Part shown: positions 28,068-39,403 of the stretch, piece by piece
Position numbering within the stretch: position 1 is the stretch's first letter
How the letters are laid out: each line of letters begins with the position of its first letter
Origin: Candidatus Eiseniibacteriota bacterium
Lineage (GTDB): Bacteria; Eisenbacteria; RBG-16-71-46; JABDJR01
Direction: 5' to 3'
Assembly: GCA_963783375.1 (NCBI GenBank)
Contig: CAWANH010000029.1
Location: forward strand, 736,001 to 800,000
Length of the DNA stretch: 64,000 bases
Notes under the pieces: model-generated
Seen by the model: the letters and a program-made list of their open reading frames with translations, nothing else
The model's database searches: none
What the model was told of the DNA's origin: nothing
Translations under genes and position numbers: made by a program

Positions 28068-29039
28068 TCAAGGGCGGGCGGCGAGGGAGAGCACCACCCG
28101 CCCCACCGAGCCCAGGGAGCGGGCGCTCACCGCCCCGAGGTCGTCCCGATGGGTGTGCCAGTACGGGTATTCGAAATCGATCACGTCCACCGCGGGGAGG
28201 CCGGCCTCGATGAGCGGCATGTGGTCGTCGTAGACGTAGATTCCCCCCTCGGTGGAAAAGACCTCGGGGGCCAGGGCCACTCCCCGCGACCACACCCAAT
28301 CCACGACCTGGGGGGCGCGTGAGTAGGAATAGCCCTCCACCGGAATCCGGAGATCGGCGTCCCCCACCATGTCCAGGACCACCGCGCGCCGGTAGGCTTC
28401 CAGACCCCGAGCGGCAAAACGGCGGGTCCCCCGGCAGTAACCCTCCGGATCCCCCTCCCGTCCAAGGTCCTCGCCGTCGGTGAAGAAGAGATCCACCCCC
28501 CGGGGAAGCTCCCGGCCCATCAGGTTCCGCGCCACCTCCAGAAGCACCGCGACCCCCGACGCGCCGTCGTTGGCCCCGGGAATGGGCCGGTTCCGCCGGG
28601 TGGAGTCGGGGTCCTCGTCGGCCCAGGGACGGCTGTCCCAATGCGCGACCAGGAGCAGCCGCCCGCCTCCCGGGGGTCCGAAGCGTCCCACGACGTTCAT
28701 CAGGGGCCAGCTCACGCCCTCCGAATCGGAATAGGTGAACTCGTCGCGCTCCACCCGGGCGCCGTAGCGACGCAGCTGGGCGACCAGCCACTCGCCGCAC
28801 TCCCGGTGGGCCCGCGTGCCCGGTACCCGGGGCCCGAACGCCACCTGCCGGGCCAACTTCACGAACGCGGAGTCGGCATCGAACGCGTATCCCGGATCGG
28901 GCGCGGGATCGGAGACGGTTCGGGGCGGCGCCGCGGTCGTCCCCGCCGCACCGCTCGCACCCGCCGATGCCCCGGCGCGCCCTCCGTCCCCGCCGCAGGC
29001 GGTAAGGGCCATCAGGAGCAGGAGCCATCGCGCGCGCAT
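28068..29039 (-). CDS. M28 family lipoprotein, glutaminyl cyclase-like
   Basis: Lipobox LTAC; AHWDSRP, GANDGASG, DGEDLG, LDMVG, DDH, WHT motifs of the animal-type QC/M28 fold. Confidence 0.82.
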   Translation of the reverse strand: MRARWLLLLMALTACGGDGGRAGASAGASGAAGTTAAPPRTVSDPAPDPGYAFDADSAFVKLARQVAFGPRVPGTRAHRECGEWLVAQLRRYGARVERDEFTYSDSEGVSWPLMNVVGRFGPPGGGRLLLVAHWDSRPWADEDPDSTRRNRPIPGANDGASGVAVLLEVARNLMGRELPRGVDLFFTDGEDLGREGDPEGYCRGTRRFAARGLEAYRRAVVLDMVGDADLRIPVEGYSYSRAPQVVDWVWSRGVALAPEVFSTEGGIYVYDDHMPLIEAGLPAVDVIDFEYPYWHTHRDDLGAVSARSLGSVGRVVLSLAARP

Positions 29040-32000
29040 CAGAAGTTGAATCCGGTGGTGAAGGAAATCCCCAGCGAACGCTGGGTCCAGTGCTTGGTGA
29101 GGTCGCGGTTCTGGGCGAAGTTGAGGCCGAATGTCCCGGACATGGTGCGGGTGAACTTGAGCGACGTGTTGAGGCGGAGCTGGAGGTTGTCGGTGGACCG
29201 GTCGTTGGGACTGATTCCCGAGGTGCTGCGCGTGGCGTTGGACTGCTTGCTGTAGGTCCCGTCCACGGTAAGGTCGATGTCCTTGCCGGACCCCGGCCCA
29301 CCCCGGGTGAAGCGCTTCCCGAGGGTCAGGTTGTAGCTCACCGTGGTCTGATCGCTGGTCAGTCCCGCGCTCCCCTCGCGTTGGCTCTCGGTGGTGGTGG
29401 AGCTCCGGTTGGCGGCGAAACTCGTTCGCCAGTTCCCCTTCAACGTGCCCTGGATGCTCACCAGGGGGCGCCAGTTCCGGGTGATGGAGATCGATTCGTT
29501 CGGGTTCAAGTCCGTCCCGCTCTTCCGGGTTTGCCGGCTGAAGGTGGTGGACACGGTGCGGAAATCGGTGAAGATGGTCCGGATCAGGGGCAGCCGCTTG
29601 TGAATGTCCCCCCAGTTGAACCGGATTTCCGGCCAGGTGGTGTTGTCCTCCACCCGCCCCACACCGTTGTTGGTGCGGTTCATGTCCTTCTGCTTCTGGA
29701 AGGAGAAGTCGAGCGTCACCTTGCTCAGGAGCTTGACGTTGCCGTTTCCCCGATAGGTCTGGGTCTCACCGAAGGTCTGGTTGAAGGGGGCGCGACCCAC
29801 CGGCTGGACGCTGGATCCCAACCCCACGTCCCGGGTGAGTCCAAGCCGGTAGGCCAGGGGGGCGTCTCCGTGGATCCCGGTGTACGAGCTGCGGCGGCCG
29901 AACGTGGCCGAGGTTTGGATGTCCGAGAGCACGATGTAGCGGGTGAACAGGGAGCGTAGGCGATCCCCGGTCCCCGGCCCCTTCGGCTTCTCCGGCTCTC
30001 CCCCGTGCGCGGTGTCGGCGGGGGCGGTAACCCCGCCCGGGGGCGGGGGTGCTCCGCGTCCCTGACGGTTCTGGCTCGCGGCCGGCGGGCGGGGGAGCGT
30101 TTGGGTCTCCGACGACGACCCCAGGAGCTTCTTCACCGCGTGCCCCAGGGGAAGGGTCAGGACGAGGTTCGCGTTGTTGCCGTTCGAGAGCTCGATCACC
30201 GTGCTGTCGAAGTCCGCCCGGGTCAGGTTCGGATCCGAATTCCGGTTGTAGTTGCTGCTCCACGCGAACCTCGGCCGCAACGCGCCCATCAGCGGGGGGG
30301 TGTAGTTGAAGTTCGTGCTCTGGGATTGGTGGGTCTCCCGTCCGGTGTTGAGCCCGAAGAAGGACCCCTGCGGTCGCTGCAGACGCACGATGGAACTGTC
30401 CGGTCCGAAATGGTCGTCGATCAGGTCCCGGGTGGAGTTCCAGCTCCACCCGAGGAGGCCGCCCAGTGGCTGGAAACCGGTGGAGAGGGTCAGAATCCCG
30501 GTCCGGCTCTTCGATTGGTTGGCCAAGCTGAGCATCTCTGGATTTCGTTCGTCCCGTGAGTAGTGGAACTGCTCGGACGTCCCCCCGGCCAGCCCCAGGT
30601 TGAAGCTGGTCGGCCAGGGGCGGACGCTCACCCGATTGAAAACCCGGAGGGGATGGATCTGGGAGATACCGGGGGAATAGCTGAAATTCCCGTTGACCCG
30701 CTTGGTGCTGTCTACCTGGGTCACCCCCAGGTTGTAGCTCGAGGAGGCCGACCCTCCCAGGTTCATGGCGTCCAGCGTGTAGTGCACGAGCGCCGGGCTG
30801 TAGCCCTGGGGGTCGCGGCCCAGGGTGAGCGATACGTCTTTCTGGCCCTGTTCGGTGATGTCCCGCCCGCTCCCCCCGCCCTTGAACTCCACGTCGCTGT
30901 TGGGAATGAACTTGGGAGTCTGGCGGTCCCGTTTGTAGTTGAAGCGGAGAGGCGCCCGGAGTCGCAGGGGATCGGCGAACTTGTTCAGATTCACCTGGGT
31001 TCCGAAGTTGTAGCTGAGCTGGGTGGTCCCCGAGCCGCGCGTCTGACCGAGGCGCAGGAAGTCGGCCGACGTGGTGGAGACCGTGGCCTGGAGGCTGGCC
31101 AGATCGGCCAGGGTCACGTTTACCGCGGCCCGACCGGCCACGCCCGCCTCCTTTCGCACCGCTCCCATCCGGAGCTCGTCGAACCACACCGTGCCCTTGG
31201 GGATCTCGTGGCCGGACTTGTTGCGTAGCCCGACGCTGAGTCGACGCACCCGGCTGAAGGAGGGCAGACCCCGGACGGTGACATAGAGCCCGTTCCCGAT
31301 GTCGGCGGGCGCGGAGTGGACGCTCTCCGACGCCCCGGTTCGAATGAACTTGTCGTGGCCACCGCCTCCGTAGCCTCCGGGAGGCGGTGGCGCGGAGGGC
31401 GGCCCGCCGACCAGGAACGAGTCGGCGGGAGTCCCCGGAGGCGCGTTCAGCTTGAGCCGGCTCAAATCGGTGAGCTTGAACCGGAGATCGAGCCAGTGGT
31501 CGGCGCGGAGACGGGGGTCGTCCCGGGTGAGGGTGGTGGAGATCTCGTAGTAGGACAGGGTGTCGGTGGCGGCGTTGCTGCCGAATCGGAGATAGAACTC
31601 GACGGAGTCGTCCGGCGACTCGAACTGGGGGCTCACGTAGTAGGCCACCACCTGGTAAAGGGTGTAGTCGGACGAGGTCTGGACCGGCCGGTAGGCCTGG
31701 AGCTCGTTGCCATCCCGGAAGTTCTCGTACTCCAGGGAGATGCTCTGTTCGCGTTCCTGCACGCTGTTCACCCGCTGGATCCCGAACGGCGGCTGGTAGT
31801 TCGAATTCTCCTTGTTGTTCACCACCGCGACGTTGAAGAGTTCGTCGGAGGCCAGCTCGGTGGAGGGGGCGACCTGCCAGCGGTTTCCCACCACTTCGAT
31901 GCCGGCGATCTGGATGTCCAGGGTATCCGGATCCCCCGAAGGTTGGTCGCCGACCCCCCGGAACCAGACCCTCATGTGCTGGACCGCGGTGAAGTCCACC

Positions 32001-35000
32001 GTGCCCACCTGGTTGTACACGTCGCTGAGAGGAATCCGGTAGAGCCGCCAGCCGTTGCCCGCCCGGGTGAACCTCGAATCGTCCTGGTAATCCCGGCCCA
32101 GATCCGTGAAGGCGGGGGCGGCGAGGTCGATCTGGTACTCCACATAGTTGTTGGTCTTCTGGAGAATGCCGTCCTTGTTCAGGTCCTCGGTGTCGGTCTG
32201 CTGGTTCCGCTCGGTCCCGTTGATGCCCAGGTACTTGGCCAGACGATCCTTGGTCGTGCGTTCGGGAAGGTTGGTGTTGATGGTGGTCGGGTAGCGGTCG
32301 TCCCCGGCCGGGTCCTGGGCCGGCGACGAGGCGGCAAAGCGCTGCTTCTCGGGCTGGGCCGTCTCCTTGTCGTCGGCCACCCCGTCCAAACCCAGGTCCT
32401 TGTCGTAATCCACCTGCCCGCCCAGGTTGTTCCGGTCCTCGGTGTCGAGCGTGCCGTTCGGCGGTTCGGGAGGGGTAAGGGGGTCCCACACCGCGTCCTC
32501 GCTCACCACCCCGAGATCGATCATGATCTCGCCCTTCCTCCGGTCCCGGGCATCCCGGTAGTTCTTGAAGTCGTTCACCCAGACGTCGACGTACTGGGCG
32601 GTCGAGAGATCGATCCCCCCCGTCCCGGCCAGAGACGTGACGAGCCCGCCCCAGGAACCGTTGGGACCGGGGTCCTTCTGCGGGATGTAGATCGTTTCCA
32701 GCACCGGAACCACGTCGTTCTTCTCGGTTTCAGTCTGCGCCCCCGGGGTGATGTCCCCGGCCAGCACCGTGGTGGGCGAGAACCAGAGCAGCCTTCCCCG
32801 GTCGGTGGCCAGGGGCGTGGCCTCGAAGGGAGTGGTGGACCCGGCCTGGTATCTCACCGCGGAGGCGGGGGGGCTGGAGTAGAACCAGTTGTACCGGTTC
32901 ACCCCGGCCGAGGTGACGACCTCCGCCCCCTCCATGTCGTCGATGTAGACCACGTTCCGGGTGTTGGGATCGGGGAAGGAGAGACCCAGGGCCCCGGTAA
33001 GGCTGACCTGGGAGGGGACGGTGGTGCTGACCAGCGGGAGCTTGTCCACCCACTCGGTCAGGGCCCAGGGGGTGAGGCGGAGCTGTCCCGAAAGATCCCC
33101 CACCGTGGTCTTGGTGGGCTCGTTTCCCAGCCGGGGCCGCTGCTCCGGAACTCCCCGGCTCTCGTGGAGCCAGGAGGTCGAGAAGTTGAATCTGCTGCTC
33201 GGGGTGACCTTGGTGCTCAGGCTGGCCCCCATCAGACTCCGGGATCCGGCGGTGAACGGGGAGTCGTAGTTGTAGGTGACCACCAGATCGGCCCCGGGTG
33301 CGGTCGCCCGATCGCTCTTCAGGGTGACCACTCCGGTGTCGTAGAAGATCGTATAGTCCGTGCCCCGCGTGAGCACCTCGCCGTTCAGACGGACCGTCTC
33401 CGAGTTCTCCAGGATCTGACCCAGCCCGGTGTTGAGCTGGATGGTGTTGACCGCGGTGCGGTAGCTGGTCTCGATGTTGTAGAGATGGCTCTGCTGCCAG
33501 TTGTCCCGGAGATAGTTGTAGCGGAGGTCGTAGATTCCCGGGGCCCGTTCGTCGCTCTTGAGCACGTAGGGCCGGTTCCGGCCGGGCGGGATGGGCCAGG
33601 ACCTTCCCCGGAAGCCCGACGAGCCGGAACCGTCGACGTCCACCGCGCTGGGATCGAAGGGGCGGAGGTCGGGGAAGAAGAGCACTCCGGCGGTGTAGTC
33701 GATGAACTCCGGGTCCACCTTGTTGTCCGGGGTGTAGTCCGTGGCGTCATCGTTGTTCCGCTGGTCCAGCCCGAAGATCTGGAGGTAGGGAATGGTCTTG
33801 CCGGTGGAGTCGACCAGGTCGGAGCGGTTGGTCCCGCCGATGTCCCTCACGATCTTGAGATCGAAGGTCTCGGGATCGAGGTTGGTGGCCCCCAGGCTGT
33901 AGGCGTTCCGAAGCTCCAGCCGGCGCACCGGACCCCAGACGCTCTCGTCCAGCTTCTCGGTGCCCCAGGTGCTGTTGGTGGGCCGGAGCATCTTGAGCTG
34001 GAGGGTGTCCAGCCCCGTCGTGTAGTAGGTCCCCACCTCCACGGTGTCCCCGTCCGACACCTGGAGGTAGGAGACGGCCAGGACCTGATTCTCGCTCAGC
34101 CCGTTCCTGAGTACCAGGACCGGTTCGGAGAAGTTCTGGTTGTTGAAGACGGTGTAGTCGTCCTCGGCCCGGAGGAGCTGGAAGGTGCCCTCGTAGGGAG
34201 CCTTGGTAGGGGTTTTCTGGGCGGGGTCCAGCCATACCTGGGCGGTCAGCGCTCCCTGCTCCGCGTCGTTCTGCACGACCTGGTCGTCGAGATAAACGTG
34301 GATGGCTCCCGAAGGGATCGAGGGGATTTCGGCGTAGTCCGGATCGCTCAGGAAGAAGTAGCGGGAGGGAAGGAACTCGTAGTCCTTGATCTCCTTGCTC
34401 TGTTCCTTGGCCCCGCCGGTGATCGTGGTCTGGCCGCTCTCGCCCTCCTGCCGGCTGGCGATGGCGGTCAACCCGATGTCCCCCACCTCGGCGGTGGCCT
34501 TGACCCCGAACAGGCCTTCCTGACGGGTGGAGAAGGAGACGAACTGGGTCGCCGGAAGGCTCAGGTTGGTGTTTCCCAGCTCCACCGACTTGACGATCTC
34601 GTCCTCCCCCCCTTGTAGCGGATCTTGATGGAGTTCTCCAGCGGGGTGAGGGCTTCGCTGTTCTGGGCCACGTCGATGAAGAGCTTGCTCCCGATCGTGC
34701 CCTGGAGATTGACGTTCAGGCGCTGCCGCATGTCGAGCTTCGGGAAGAGGGATCCGCCGCCTCGCTCCCCGGTCACCTGACCCACCACCCAGCTCGAGGT
34801 CCCGGAGAAGGTGATCTGCTCGCTTCCCGATACCCGGAGGTTGGGGGCCCCCTCGCCGAAGATCTTCGCGGTGAAGGGAAGCTCGAAGGGGAGGGACAGG
34901 TTCACCAGGCCCCGCTGCTGCTGGCTCAGGTTCTCCGACAATACCCGCCGGTTGCTCTCGATCCAGGCGCGCCGGAGCTGGGTCCGAAAGGTCTCGTCCG

Positions 35001-35346
35001 CGTATTCCCCGGGGGTCATGGCCAGGGGGAGGAGAATGTCGGTCCCCCCCGCCTGGTAGGTTATGAGAACGCGGTGGCGGTCGGTATCGTAGTCCACCCG
35101 GGGAGTGAGCCCGAGCCGGGCCGAACCGAGCCGGTTCCGCGGGGGGAGGGTGATCCCCAGGGTCCACTGGAGGCTCTGGAAGGGATCATCGGGGTCGAAC
35201 AGGGCGGTGGGGCCCCGATACGTGGGGGTGCGCGGAGGCGGGTCTCTGAACGACGTCCCCTGGGCCAATACGACAGGTGTCGTTTTCAGGGGGACGGCGG
35301 CGAGGGCCACCAAGAGCACAGCTGTCGCCGACAGAGCCTTAACCAC
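29039..35346 (-). CDS. sprA: SprA/Sov-like type IX secretion outer-membrane translocon (about 2100 aa), with an apparent frameshift at G7 34606-34612
   Basis: Signal peptide; QRLNVNLQGTIG...ENSIKIRYKG|GEDEIVKSVELGN...LFGVKA, YIDDME, IDLGVVSED, DTEDLNKDG, WRLYRIPL, VWFDELR; C-terminal beta-signal GFNF. Confidence 0.85.
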
Positions 35347-35542
35347 GTGCCGATCGGTCCTCCCAGGACGTGTCCGAAGCGGGTAATCCTATGAGAGGTA
35401 GAGAGTTGACGCCATCGCAAAACGCGGCCCGGGGCAGACGGCTCCCTTGTGGGTCGCGTGCGCATGACCTAGACTGCCGCATCCGGTGGGTGGATTCCGC
35501 CGCCCTCCCGGCCTCAAAGCCCTGTAACCCCAAGAAGGCGCA

Positions 35543-36912
35543 TTGAGTTTCAAGAGTCCGGTGCTCCGCCTGGAACGGTACGTTCTCCGGGAGTCGGTCC
35601 TGCCCTTCTTCCTGGGGCTGGGGTTGGTCACGTTCCTGTTCGTGATCGATTTCCTCTTCGACTACCTGGACCTCATCCTGTCCAAGGGGATCCCCCCCCT
35701 CGCGGTTCTGGAGCTGTTCCTCCTGGCCCTGGGGTGGATTTTCGCCCTCTCTTTCCCGTGCGGGGTGCTGGTGGCCGCCCTGATGACGTTCGGACGCCTG
35801 GCCCAGGACAACGAGATCACCGCCATGCGCGCCCTCGGGGTGAACCTCGGCCGGGTGCTCCGGGGCCCCCTCCTGGCCGCGGTCGTCCTGGCCGGATTCC
35901 TCACCCTGTTCAACAACTACATCCTGCCCGAGACCAATCATCGGTTCGCGAACCTGAGCCTGGCCATTCACCGCAAACGGCCGGCGGCGCGGATCGAGCC
36001 CGGCGTGTTCGTCAATGCCTTCAACAACTACAGTATCCTGGTCAAGAACATCGACGACCGGACCGGCGAGATGAGCGACATTACCATCTACGACTACAGC
36101 CAGGGGAGGATCCCCACCACCATTCTCGCCAAGTCGGGGACGATGAAGTACATCGATCGCGGGGCCACCTTGAGGCTCGATCTCCGGGACGGGGAGATCC
36201 ACGAGGTCCCGGGAGAAGCGGGCGAGGGCAAGTACCGGCTCGGGGAGTTCAAGGAGGACACCATCTTTCTCCACAACCCGGGGGTCGAGCTCCAGAAGCT
36301 CGACCGTCAGAGCCGGGGCGAGCGGGAGATGAACATCGCCATGATGGAGCGGGAGATAGGTCGTCTCCGGGCCCAGCGGGGGGAGCGGCTGGCCCGGCTG
36401 GACTCCAAGGCCCAGCAGGCGGGCTACCCGTCCTACGCGGCATTCGAGCGGAAGGCGGCCCCACCCCACGGCCTGGGCGCGCTCATCGGCGCGGCGGTCG
36501 GGGCCCTGCGCGGCGCCCATCCGTCCCCCCCGACACCAGCCGGGCCCTGACCGATGCCAAAGAGACTCTCATGGCCGACCGGCTCGACCTCCAGAGCCTC
36601 GACCGGCGGATCGACTCCTTGAAGGTGGAGATCAACAAGAAGTTCTCGATCCCGGTGGCCTGCGTGGTGTTCGTGCTGGTGGGCGGCCCCCTGGGTATCC
36701 GGACCCGCAAGGGAGGGTTCGCCAACATGGCCATCGCGGTGGCCTTCTTCATCACCTACTACCTCTTTCTCATCGCCGGCGAACAGCTCGCCGACCGGGG
36801 TTTCCTCTCCCCCTTCATGTCCATGTGGCTTCCCAACCTGATCTTCGGGATCCTCGGGGTCTACCTCGCGGTCTCGGTGGTGGGATGGGGAACCGCCCGG
36901 GGAATGCGCTGA
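35543..36912 (+). CDS. lptF: LPS export permease LptF (YjgP/YjgQ), with an apparent frameshift at C7 36525-36531
   Basis: LERYVLRE, FGRLAQDNEITAMRALG, PGVF; the C-terminus EINKKFSIPVAC...MWLPNLI lies in the next frame. Confidence 0.85.
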
Positions 36913-38022
36913 ATGAGCTCCACCGCCGCCCGGCGCCTCCATCCCCTCGGGGTGATCGATCGCTACGTCCTCCGGGAATTCGTGCGGTACTACCTCCTGG
37001 CCATGATCGGTTTCGTGGCCTTCGTGGTGCTCTTCGACGCCATGGAGAAGATCGACACCTTTCTCGACTACGATGCCAGCGTCGGTCAGATCCTCCGCTT
37101 CTACGCGTATTCGCTCCCCTACAAGGCGATCCTGGTGGGGCCGGTCGCCCCCCTCCTGGCCACCTTCCTCTGCCTGGGGTCCATGACCCGCTTCCAGGAG
37201 GTCACGGTGCTGAAGGCGGCGGGGATGTCCCTCTACCGCCTCCTTCTCCCCCTCTACGTCCTGGGGTTCCTCCTCTCGGCGGCCACCTTCGGGTTGGGCG
37301 AGGGCTTCATGCCCGAGGCGAACCGGCGGGCCTCCGAGATCATGGAGCACGAGATCAAGGGCAGGAGTCTCAAGAGCCTGGGGAGTCGCAACAACGTGAC
37401 CTACCTGGGACGGAACAACCGCCTGTTCGTGATCCGCCGCTACGATATCCCGCGAATGGCCATGGTCGACGCCACCGTCCAGGAATTCGACGGGGACCGC
37501 ATGACCCGCCGTATCGACGCCCGCTCCGCGATCTGGAGGAACGGGCACTGGGTGATGGTGGACGGGATGGAACGGACCTTCGACGCCGCGGGGCTGGAGC
37601 GGGCGGTCCCCTTCGACACCCTGAGGACCGATTTCCCGGAACTCCCGGGGGACTTCGCCAAGGAGGAGATGCGTCCGGAGCAGATGTCCTTCACCCAGCT
37701 CCGACGCTACGCCGAGAGGGTTCGCCAGAGCGGGAGCACGGTCGAGCGCTATGAGACCGAGATCCAGCTCCGGTTCGCCTTCCCCCTGGTGAGCCTGGTG
37801 GTGATCCTGATCGGCTCCAGCCTGGCCGTGCAGATCCGTCGGGGCGGGATCGCCCTGGGGTTCGGAATCTCCCTGGGCATCGCCTTCGCCTACTGGAGCC
37901 TCATCCGCGCCGGTCAGGTGCTGGGCAACAACGGCACGCTTCCCCCGCTGGTTGCCGCCTGGCTGGGAAACCTCGTGTTCATCGGGCTGGGGGTGTTCCT
38001 CCTGGTCCGGACCCCCAAGTGA
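36913..38022 (+). CDS. lptG: LPS export permease LptG (YjgP/YjgQ)
   Basis: IDRYVLREF, EVTVLKAAGMS, PEQMSFTQL, RFAFPL, LPPLVAAWLGN. Confidence 0.88.
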   Translation: MSSTAARRLHPLGVIDRYVLREFVRYYLLAMIGFVAFVVLFDAMEKIDTFLDYDASVGQILRFYAYSLPYKAILVGPVAPLLATFLCLGSMTRFQEVTVLKAAGMSLYRLLLPLYVLGFLLSAATFGLGEGFMPEANRRASEIMEHEIKGRSLKSLGSRNNVTYLGRNNRLFVIRRYDIPRMAMVDATVQEFDGDRMTRRIDARSAIWRNGHWVMVDGMERTFDAAGLERAVPFDTLRTDFPELPGDFAKEEMRPEQMSFTQLRRYAERVRQSGSTVERYETEIQLRFAFPLVSLVVILIGSSLAVQIRRGGIALGFGISLGIAFAYWSLIRAGQVLGNNGTLPPLVAAWLGNLVFIGLGVFLLVRTPK

Positions 38023-38654
38023 CGCGGCCGCTCGATCCGCGCGCCCTCCGGCTCATGGTGATCGCGGATCTGGGGGCGGAAGGAGCCCCTCCGGATCCGG
38101 AGCGGGCGCGCGCCGCCATCCGGGGCGGCGCCGGACTCATCCAGGTCCGGGGAAAGGGCGCGACGGCGAAGGCCCTGGTCGAAGCGGCGATCTCCCTCCT
38201 GGCGGTCTGCCGGGAGTCCGGGACCCCGCTCCTGGTCGACGACCGCCCCGACGTCGCCCGGGCCGCCGGGGCGGACGGGGCGCACGTGGGGCCCGACGAT
38301 CTCCCTCCCCTCGCCGCCCGGCGGGTGCTGGGGGATCTCCTCCTGGGGGTGTCCGCACGGACGGCGGACCGGGCGGAGGCGGCCGAGGCGGCGGGGGCGG
38401 ACTACCTGGGGACCGGAGCGCTACGCCCGAGCGGCACCAAGGTCGGGGCCCGGGTGATCGGGCTCGCGGGCATTCGGGCCATCGCGGCCGTGGCCAGGAT
38501 CCCGGTGGTGGCCATCGGGGGGGTGCGGCCCGGGGACGCGCCGGATCTCAAGCGGGCGGGGGCGGCGGGGATGGCGGTGGTGAGCGGGGTTCTCGGCGCG
38601 TCCGATCCCGAGGCCGCCGCGCGCGCCTACGTCGAGGCCTGGGAGCGCGGCTGA
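38019..38654 (+). CDS. thiE: Thiamine-phosphate synthase
   Basis: QVRGK, VDDRPDVA, GAHVGPDD, GADYLG, SGTK, PVVAIGG. Confidence 0.9.
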   Translation: MTRPLDPRALRLMVIADLGAEGAPPDPERARAAIRGGAGLIQVRGKGATAKALVEAAISLLAVCRESGTPLLVDDRPDVARAAGADGAHVGPDDLPPLAARRVLGDLLLGVSARTADRAEAAEAAGADYLGTGALRPSGTKVGARVIGLAGIRAIAAVARIPVVAIGGVRPGDAPDLKRAGAAGMAVVSGVLGASDPEAAARAYVEAWERG

Positions 38655-39403
38655 GCCGCGGCGCCAGGCTCCGGTTCGATCCTCCCGTCCTTGAGCACCG
38701 GCACCGCCCGCACGCTGTCCAGTCGGGCGCAGAACTCCAGGTCCGTCTCGAACCCCAGGGAGGCCAGGTAGGTCCCGTGGCTGGAGGCGGCGAGCATCCC
38801 GGGGATGTCCTCTTCCCAGCGTCGCCACAAGCCTCGCGCCATGAGCGCCCCGTCGTCGGCCACCAGATCCGGGACGCGGGTGAGAAGCCGGTCCACCAAC
38901 AACCCGCCCAGAACCGCGTCCTCGAGGGCGGACCGGCCGAGTTTCCCCGAGCAGACCACCAGGATGTCCCGCCCGGGCCGGAGAAGCCGCTCCACCGCCT
39001 GGGTGGCGTTCACGAAGGAGGCCAGGACCTGCTCCGGCGCCGCCTGACAGCGCAACATGGCCTGGGAACCGTTCGTGCTGGTGAAGATCAGGGTCTTCCC
39101 CTTCACCTCCTTGGGCACGTACTCCAGGGGGGAATTGCCGAGATGGAATCCGGGGATCTTCTTCCCCTCCCGCTCTCCGCAGAGCAGCGTGGTCTTTCGA
39201 TCCAGCGAGGCCAGGAGGCCGGTGGCGTACTCCACCGAGTCCGCGGGGATCACCCGGGCCGCCCCGGAGGCGAAGGCCTGGGGGATGACCGATGTGGCGC
39301 GGAGGACGTCGACCAGGGCCACCGTCGCCTCGCGCAGAAGCCCGTCCTGGACCTCCCCCGGGGTGAAGACGAAGCTCAGGCGGCGTTCACGATCGGCGCT
39401 CAA
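38627..39403 (-). CDS. comB: 2-phosphosulfolactate phosphatase (ComB) family protein
   Basis: [25 protein letters not shown]; TTG start overlaps the accC stop. Confidence 0.85.
   Translation of the reverse strand: MSADRERRLSFVFTPGEVQDGLLREATVALVDVLRATSVIPQAFASGAARVIPADSVEYATGLLASLDRKTTLLCGEREGKKIPGFHLGNSPLEYVPKEVKGKTLIFTSTNGSQAMLRCQAAPEQVLASFVNATQAVERLLRPGRDILVVCSGKLGRSALEDAVLGGLLVDRLLTRVPDLVADDGALMARGLWRRWEEDIPGMLAASSHGTYLASLGFETDLEFCARLDSVRAVPVLKDGRIEPEPGAAAQPRSQAST

Noticed and set aside
31316-34618. 1100-aa plus-strand ORF, and the 907-aa alternative-frame ORF at 29766-32489
   Set aside because: Shadow frames of sprA.
38019-38654. Lone thiE as part of a TPP-riboswitch operon
   Set aside because: It is coupled directly to lptG, leaving no leader; the other thiamine genes are probably elsewhere.
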